From Sumerlaeia bacterium (lineage in GTDB: Bacteria; Sumerlaeota; Sumerlaeia; SLMS01; JAHLLQ01): a stretch of DNA of 64,000 nucleotides. The stretch covers positions 1-64,000 of the forward strand of contig JAVJSW010000004.1 in assembly GCA_040219255.1 (NCBI GenBank), in the 5' to 3' direction. Below the pieces are notes generated by a model. It ran no database searches, was not told where the DNA came from, and saw only the letters and a list, made by a program, of their open reading frames with translations. Position 1 is the stretch's first letter. The number at the start of each line of letters is the position of its first letter. Position numbers and translations under genes: made by a program. Shown here piece after piece: positions 57,251 through 64,000 of the stretch.

Positions 57251-59548
57251 TCAATACGTCAGCCAAGCCCCCTGAACGGCGGCCTGGCCGGCGACCAACT
57301 CCAACGCTAAATCCCCCGCGCCATACGTGACCTCGACACCCCCCGGCCCCGCCGCAACGGTGTCCGAGGTCACGGTGCCGTCGGAGGCTGTCCGGAGAAG
57401 CGTCAGCGAGCCTGCGGACGTGCCGAGCCAATCGCGCGGCACCGCTATCGTTAAGGCCTCGTCCGTCTCCGAGAGCACGCGAACGCCAGTGTCCGTTTGC
57501 TCCAGAATCAACAGCCGGCCTTGCGGATCGCCGAGGCTGTCGGCGCCGAACTCCTGAATCCAGCCGCCTTCGACGCGCGGGCTATCGGCCGCGAACCAGA
57601 ACCCTTCCTCGCCCAGCACGGCATCGCCCACAGGCAGCGTCGCCGTCGTGGACCAATTGGCGTCGATCATGGCGCCGTTGTCGTAGGTCAGGCGCGTCGT
57701 CCCCGCCAAACCGCGCAGGTCATCGAACCCGGCGACCCGCACCCCAACGACCCGCGCCAGCAGGTGTTTCTGAACCAGCGCCCCGGTGCGCAGCCACCGG
57801 TTCCCCGTCCCATCCAGCAGATCGTACGCCATGTTGTACCCCAGGGCGGCGTTGTAATGCAGCTCTTCGCGACTCCGGACCATCCGCTCGCCCGCCAGGT
57901 TGTGCGGATAGAACATCGCGTGATGGTTCGCCATGATAACGGCCAACGGGAACGGATCGAAATGCGCAGGGTCCAGCGCCGGTGGCTCCCACGTCAGCCG
58001 CAGGTTTCCGCAGAAACCCGTCTGGGTCTCCGCCAGCCGGTCCCAGGAAAGCTCGGTCATCAGCGGCAAGTACCCGATCCCCCGCCGCGTGTTTTCCAGC
58101 GTTCCCTGGGAATAGCTCCACCACTCGGGCGATGCCGCGTTGCCATCGTAGGGAATATTGCGGGCGCCCACCTGGTCCTCGAAGAGCAGGTCGGCCACTT
58201 GTAGATCGACGAACTCCTCGTACCCGGCCTCGAGCCGAGCGATCACACCTGGATGCCAGGGCGTCACCACATAGCCGCCGCGCCCGTCGTAGGATTCGAA
58301 GATCGGGGTCCCGCTCTCGTACTTCGCCACCACCCCGGTGCCCAACGCCGCCATCGTCGCTGACTCGTCGTCCCACCACGTCGGGTTCGTGTACGGCATG
58401 AACAGCGAGCCCCGGCCCCGCATGGCGGAGGCGAGCTGCTGCATCTCGACCATGGTGCCAAAGCCGCTGTCGGGCGGGAAATAGTCGGGATAACTCTCGT
58501 CGTGCCCGCCCTCCATGTAGCCTGCCACGTGGATCAGAGCGGGCACCGGCAGGTCGTTCAATTGCCCCAGGAACGCCGCCGCCGAAACGCCGCCCGGGTA
58601 CTTGAGCAACGGCGCCTGCGTCAGCGTTTCCAGCAGCGCGGCGGAGACCTTGGCGGAGAGCGGCGGATAGCCCGCCGTCTCGCCCCGGTCCCAATGCGTC
58701 CGCGCCGCCGCCGCCGCGTCCTCGCCGACCTGAAACAGAATCCACCCGCTCCCGGCCGTGCCGCCGGGGGCGATTTCGGTCAGTTGGTCGTAATGTATCA
58801 CGGGCCATGTGCCCCCCGCGTTGGTGTTGCGGTTGATATTGATCTGATGCACGGCGGCGGCACGGTTGATTTCTTCGACCGTGTTGGACATGGCAAAACT
58901 CGACCCGCCGGTCCGCCACCATAGGAACGGCGTGAAGCCCCCCGGCACGTTTGTCCCGATCCCGGCGGAGGACGCGAGGAAGGCCGCGTTCAGGACCACC
59001 CCGCCGCGATAGGGGAAGATCAACTGATCGGTGCCCGTGGTGGGAATCTCGACGTAGCCGGGGAAGGAGTGCAACTCGACCGCCTGTCCGGCCTGATGCT
59101 GGAGGGAAAAGCGCCCCCGAAAGGTTGCGTCGTCCGCGAACTCGAACCGCATCGTCGCCACAAACGACGTCCCGGCATCATCGAGCGCATAGGTCCATTC
59201 GGCCATAACGCCATCGCCCGCCGCCTGAATCGCGCGCGAGATGTTGCCGCCGCGCCCGAGGACCTGAGCCGGGCCGACCCATTCCGAATCCCCAAACCGC
59301 ACGACCCATGGGCTCTCCGGGTAGAACGTCCGCGCCAGCCAATCGCCCCCGCTCGACTCGGCGATGGAAAAGAAAGCGCCCGTCTGGGCGTCCATCTCGA
59401 CGTGATAGGCGCCAGCGGAAATCGTCACCACGCTGCCCGAATCGGTCAAGGTCACGGCGGCGCGAGACATCGCCCCAAACGACAAACACACCGCCAGCAT
59501 GGCGGTGTGAACTGGGCGCGAACGCGCGGGAGACGGGGTCAAGAACAC
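57251..59548 (-). CDS. Secreted putative glycoside hydrolase (DUF6259/DUF5696-like TIM barrel) with C-terminal W tail
   Basis: AGGAGG RBS before GTG at 59548; signal peptide; GGHDESYPDYFPP, MPYTNPTWWD and FEDQ; ends AAVQGAWLTY. Confidence 0.75.
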   Translation of the reverse strand: MFLTPSPARSRPVHTAMLAVCLSFGAMSRAAVTLTDSGSVVTISAGAYHVEMDAQTGAFFSIAESSGGDWLARTFYPESPWVVRFGDSEWVGPAQVLGRGGNISRAIQAAGDGVMAEWTYALDDAGTSFVATMRFEFADDATFRGRFSLQHQAGQAVELHSFPGYVEIPTTGTDQLIFPYRGGVVLNAAFLASSAGIGTNVPGGFTPFLWWRTGGSSFAMSNTVEEINRAAAVHQININRNTNAGGTWPVIHYDQLTEIAPGGTAGSGWILFQVGEDAAAAARTHWDRGETAGYPPLSAKVSAALLETLTQAPLLKYPGGVSAAAFLGQLNDLPVPALIHVAGYMEGGHDESYPDYFPPDSGFGTMVEMQQLASAMRGRGSLFMPYTNPTWWDDESATMAALGTGVVAKYESGTPIFESYDGRGGYVVTPWHPGVIARLEAGYEEFVDLQVADLLFEDQVGARNIPYDGNAASPEWWSYSQGTLENTRRGIGYLPLMTELSWDRLAETQTGFCGNLRLTWEPPALDPAHFDPFPLAVIMANHHAMFYPHNLAGERMVRSREELHYNAALGYNMAYDLLDGTGNRWLRTGALVQKHLLARVVGVRVAGFDDLRGLAGTTRLTYDNGAMIDANWSTTATLPVGDAVLGEEGFWFAADSPRVEGGWIQEFGADSLGDPQGRLLILEQTDTGVRVLSETDEALTIAVPRDWLGTSAGSLTLLRTASDGTVTSDTVAAGPGGVEVTYGAGDLALELVAGQAAVQGAWLTY

Positions 59549-59615
59549 GGGGCAATCCTCCTGAAAGGGCCCCCACATACTGGCCGCCGCCGGGGTTTCT
59601 GTCAATCCCGGCCGA

Positions 59616-60425
59616 TCAGTCCTTCGGCGCGCCGATGGAGCGTTCGCCGAAGATTTCGTCGAAGAACACCAGCATGTGCTCCCAGGACCGCTTCGCCGCC
59701 TTCTCATTGTAAGCCGAACCGCGGGAGGGATCGTCGCCCGCCGCTTCCTCGGTGAAGGAGTGCACCGCGTCGGCGTAGGCGACGAAGACGTAATCGACGT
59801 CCGCCTCGTTCATTTCCTTCATAAAGCCGGCGACTTCCTCGTCTGACACATGGGGATCCACGGCGCCGTGACAAACCAACACACTCGCCGTGATGTTCTG
59901 GGCGTCCTCTGGGTTTTCCGTGCCGAGGCCGCCATGAAAGCTCACCACGCCCTCGACATCGGCACCCATGCGCGCCAGCTCCAGCACGCCTGTTCCGCCA
60001 AAGCAGTAGCCGATCGCCGCCACCCGGTCCGTATCCACAAAGGGCTGATTCTTCCCGGCTTCCAGCCCCGCCTTCAACCGGGCCCGGTAATTCGCCCGGT
60101 CGCCGCCGCGATACTTCCCGGCGTACTGACCGGCTTCGCTCCGGTCCTGCGGGCGGGAATCTTTGCCGTAGATGTCCACCGCAAAGGCCACATAGCCCTC
60201 GGCGGCGAGCTGCTCGGCGCGCATCTTCTCGTAGTCGCCGAGGCCCATCCACTGATGGACGATCAGCACCAGCGGCCGCTCGGCGTCCGACGCGTCGTCA
60301 TAGGCCAGATAGCCCTCGAGCACCGTGCCGTTGTCTTCGTACTCGACGCTCTTCGTCACAATCTCGGCCGCCGCCGGAACGGCCACCACACAGGCGATCA
60401 ACGCCAAAAGGAACTTGCGAAACAT
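59616..60425 (-). CDS. Dienelactone hydrolase family protein (exported)
   Basis: HQWMGL, GYCFGG nucleophile motif, SFHG, HGAVD and HSFT. Confidence 0.93.
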   Translation of the reverse strand: MFRKFLLALIACVVAVPAAAEIVTKSVEYEDNGTVLEGYLAYDDASDAERPLVLIVHQWMGLGDYEKMRAEQLAAEGYVAFAVDIYGKDSRPQDRSEAGQYAGKYRGGDRANYRARLKAGLEAGKNQPFVDTDRVAAIGYCFGGTGVLELARMGADVEGVVSFHGGLGTENPEDAQNITASVLVCHGAVDPHVSDEEVAGFMKEMNEADVDYVFVAYADAVHSFTEEAAGDDPSRGSAYNEKAAKRSWEHMLVFFDEIFGERSIGAPKD

Positions 60426-60521
60426 GGGGACAGAGCCTCCCGATCAGGAATTGGGTTCGAGAGGAGGTGCTAGCAAGAGCCGGGCGCGGGGGGGGAATCA
60501 AGTCGCAGCCAAAACGGGCAC

Positions 60522-60731
60522 CCAGCAGAGCCCCGGCCAGTAGGCACCGCCCTGGTTCCTTCGCACGTGCTCAAGGCCTACGAACGGCTTCGCCGCCACG
60601 TCGGCGGAATCATGACCAAAATCGCACAAGCCAATCGCGATGAAAACCCCAACTCCATGAAGGCGGCCATCGACGAAGCCGTGTTGGAATCGCGCGCGGC
60701 GCGGACGCGCATGCAGCCCCAAGTCATCTGA
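60522..60731 (+). pseudogene. Possible 5'-truncated Phd/YefM-type antitoxin remnant
   Basis: Frame absent from the ORF track: ...TALVPSHVLKAYERLRRHVGGIMTKIAQANRDENPNSMKAAIDEAVLESRAAR...*; no proper start. Confidence 0.35.
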
Positions 60732-60901
60732 GTCTATCCGCGTTCATCTGTGGCTAGTTCCCTCCTTTTCCCAAACCCTCTGCTCCCCCCGCGCCGCATT
60801 GCGGTTGCGGCCCGGGGGAGACTTTCCGAGCCTGAATTCTGGACGCGCGACGCTCCCAGTGACCCGCGCGCCCCACCGCACTCCTGTTGGGATCACGACC
60901 G

Positions 60902-61666
60902 ATGAAGCTGAAAACGCGCTGCGCGCTGATTGTGGGAGCCTCCTCCGGCATGGGAGAAGCCCTCGCCCACCGCCTCGCCGGAGCCGGCTGGCGTGTGGCC
61001 TTGGTGGCCCGCCGCGAGGACGAACTGCGCCGCATCGCCGATGCCATCAACGCCAAAGCGACCGAGAAGCCCCAAGCCTTCGTCTATCCTCATGACGCCA
61101 CGGATCTGCTGACGATTCCAAAGACCTTCGACACGATCGCCGAGGAACTGGGCGGGCTCGATTTGGCTATCTACGCCGCCGGCATCATGCCCGCCGTCGG
61201 CCCGAGCGAGTACAACGCCGAGAAGGACCGCCAGATCGTCGAGGTCAACCTGATCGGCGCCATGGGCTGGATGAATGAAGCGGCGGACCTCTTCGCGCGC
61301 CTGCGTCGCGGCACCGTCGTCGGCCTGGGGAGCGTCTCGGGCGACCGTGGCCGCAAAGGCAACCCGGCCTACGCCGCCAGCAAAGCCGGCTTCCACTGTT
61401 ACCTGGAATCGCTGCGCAACCGCCTCGACGAGCACGGCGTCAACGTCATCACCATCAAACCCGGCCCGGTGGACACGCCCATGACGCGGAGCCTGGGCAA
61501 GGCCATGCCGTTCCTGATCAGCGCCGACGAAGCGGCCCGCCAGATCGTCCGCGCCGTCGAGAAAAAGAAGAACGGCGAAGTCTATGTCCCCGGCCGTTGG
61601 CGCCCCATCATGGGCATCATCAAAGCCATCCCCTCCCCCATTTTCCGGCGCCTCGGGATGGAGTAG
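60902..61666 (+). CDS. Short-chain dehydrogenase/reductase
   Basis: GASSGMG, YAAG, SVSG, YAASK and PGPVDTPMT. Confidence 0.93.
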   Translation: MKLKTRCALIVGASSGMGEALAHRLAGAGWRVALVARREDELRRIADAINAKATEKPQAFVYPHDATDLLTIPKTFDTIAEELGGLDLAIYAAGIMPAVGPSEYNAEKDRQIVEVNLIGAMGWMNEAADLFARLRRGTVVGLGSVSGDRGRKGNPAYAASKAGFHCYLESLRNRLDEHGVNVITIKPGPVDTPMTRSLGKAMPFLISADEAARQIVRAVEKKKNGEVYVPGRWRPIMGIIKAIPSPIFRRLGME

Positions 61667-61958
61667 ATCATTCTTCGAGGCAGGAACACGAAGGTGCGAG
61701 GGCGCAAGGAGTTGGGCGAGGACGGCCGGACCGGAACCGTGGCATCTTCGTCGCGCAACCCGGACAGGACAACTCGCACAATTGGTCTATGGCTTGGCCC
61801 GCAGAGTTTCTCGCCGTCCTCTGTGGTTCGGTGCTGATATCCCTCCCCACCCGCCACTCCCCCTGGACAAATCCGAGGCTGTTTGAGAGGATCGGAAATC
61901 GGTGTGCCCAAGGCAGGGCCGCACTGATTTTCATTCTTATCCTCACGAGCCATCACGC

Positions 61959-64000
61959 ATGACATCCACCCTGGAGACTCCAGCCGCCACCCGCACCACG
62001 TTTCGCGTGCAGGGGATGTGCTGCGCCGAAGAGACGGGCGCGCTGCGGGCGGTGCTGCTTCCCATGGCGGGCGTCGCGGACGTCGAATTCCACCTGCTGC
62101 AATCGACCATGACCGTCGCCCACGATCCGGCGGAAACGGACGCGGAAGCCATTTGCCGCGCGGTGGCGAAGACCGGCATGAGCGCTCGTCCCGCCAGCGA
62201 ATCGCCCGCCGCCCGCGATTCCGGCCCCGCTCCTCTGTGGAGCCTGCGCAACCTGACGGTGCTCAGCGGCGGGTTCTTGCTGATCGCCGTGGCCCTGACG
62301 GCGGCCGTAGCGGGGCCGGCGGCCTTGCTGCACGGGGGCGAGGGCGCGCCGGTGCTGGCGCGGGTTTTCTTTGTCTTCGCGGTCGCCGCCGCGTTGTGGC
62401 CGGTGCTGCCCAAGGCCTTCTCCGCCGCGCGGAGGCTGCGGCCGGATATGCACTTGCTGATGACCATCGCGGTGCTGGGGGCGCTCGGGATCGGCGAATG
62501 GATCGAAGCCGCCACGGTGGCGTTCCTGTTCGCGGTGTCGCTCTTGCTGGAAAGCTGGTCCGTGGGCCGGGCGCGGCGGGCGGTGGAGGCGTTGATGGCG
62601 GTGGCGCCGGAGAAGGCGCGGGTGATCTGTCCGCGCGATGGCTGCGAAGAACTCGTCGACCCCGCCACGGTGGCCGTAGGGCGCAAAGTCCGCGTTCGCC
62701 CGGGCGAAAAGTTCCCCCTCGACGGGCGCGTCCTGACCGGGCTTTCTCACGTCAATCAGGCTCCCATCACCGGCGAATCCCAGCCGGTGGAAAAGGGCCC
62801 CGGCGACGAGGTCTTCGCCGGTACGATCAACGGCGATGGCGCCATCGATTTCGAAACGACGAAACCCGCCAGCGAAACGACGCTGGCCCGCATCATCGCC
62901 ATGGTTGCCGAGGCCCAGGGGCGTCGCGCACCGGTCGAGCGCTGGATCGACCAATTCGCCTGCGTGTACACGCCGGTGGTGCTGGCGCTGGCGGTGCTGA
63001 TCGCCGTGGTGCCGCCGCTGGCCTTTGGCGGGGCCTGGAGCGACTGGTTCTATCAGGCGCTCGTGCTGCTGGTGATCGCCTGCCCGTGCGCTCTCGTAAT
63101 TTCCACGCCGGTCAGCATCGTGTCCGGACTGACGCGGGCGGCGCGGCAGGGCATCCTGATCAAGGGCGGCGTTCACCTGGAGCAAGCCGCCCGGCTGCGC
63201 GCCATCGCCTTCGACAAAACCGGCACGGTCACCCTCGGCCGGCCCAGCGTCGAATCGGTCGTGCCGCTCGGGCCTTTGGCGGAGAACGACTTGCTGGCCC
63301 TCGTCGCCGCCGTGGAAAGCCAATCCGAGCACCCCCTCGGCCGCGCCATCGCTTCGGAAGCCCGGATGCGCGAGCTGACTTTGCCATTAGCGACCGAGCA
63401 CCAGGCCTTGAAAGGCCGGGGGATTTCCTGCCGCGTGGATGGCGCCGAGGTCTGGGCCGGATCGCCGCGCCTGATCGCCGAGCGCGGCCTGATGGACGAT
63501 GCGCTCCACGAACGTATCGCCGCCTTCGAAGCCACCGGCCACACGGTCATCGCGGCCGGACGCGGGGGTGAGCTGCTGGGCCTGATCGCCCTGCGCGACC
63601 AGCCGAAACCGGAGGCGCGCGGGGCGCTGCGCGAGCTGACCCAGCTTGGGGTTCAGGGAACGCTGCTGACCGGCGATCGCTCCGCCGTGGCCGAACACAT
63701 CGCCGGCGAAATCGGTATCGTGGCAGTGAAGGCGGAACTCCTGCCGGAAGATAAAGTCGCCGCCCTCGACGAACTGCTGACCGAGCATGGCCGCGTCGCC
63801 ATGGTGGGCGATGGCATCAACGACGCCCCGGCGCTCGCCCGCGCTTCCCTGGGCATCGCCATGGGGGCGGCGGGAACGGATGCGGCGCTGGAGACGGCGG
63901 ACGTGGCGCTGATGCGCGACGATCTGGCGGCGCTGCCCTGGCTGTGCGGCACGCGAGGCGGACGCTGGTGATCATTCGCCAGAATGTGGTTCTGGCTCTC
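61959..64000 (+). CDS. cadA: Heavy-metal (Cd/Zn/Pb) P1B-type ATPase; runs off the window; apparent 1-bp frameshift near 63944
   Basis: HMA GMCCAEE, TGES, CPC, DKTGT, HP, TGD and GDGIND; the shifted frame continues RHARRTLVIIRQNVVLAL. Confidence 0.9.

Overview
GC-rich bacterial chromosomal window that starts at a contig end: bases 1-18 are Illumina adapter. Several signatures (a pilin-like LTTPIAY...DPF...YDPTNG...GD protein, secreted proteins ending in a short V-x(2-3)-W-L tail, a dockerin-like tail) suggest Candidatus Sumerlaeota (BRC1), which is an inference. Housekeeping content: korA/korB, aroA, pheS/pheT, tmRNA, tRNA-Asn(GTT), two Ser/Thr kinases, a hybrid histidine kinase, MscS and a heavy-metal P-type ATPase. 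Accessory content: arsM plus a TIGR04282-type glycosyltransferase, a RimK/GCS2/N-formylglutamate amidohydrolase operon, several secreted carbohydrate-active proteins, a hicAB pair inside korAB, two genes inside pheS-pheT, an AT-rich cassette (methyltransferase-like + DUF1848), and two tandem pairs of membrane-protein paralogs. One pair shares a near-identical 45-bp leader ahead of unrelated AT-rich bodies. Two families of short intergenic repeats are present. Two genes carry apparent single-base frameshifts. I saw no CRISPR array, integrase or transposase. All family calls come from motif recognition by eye, not from database searches.
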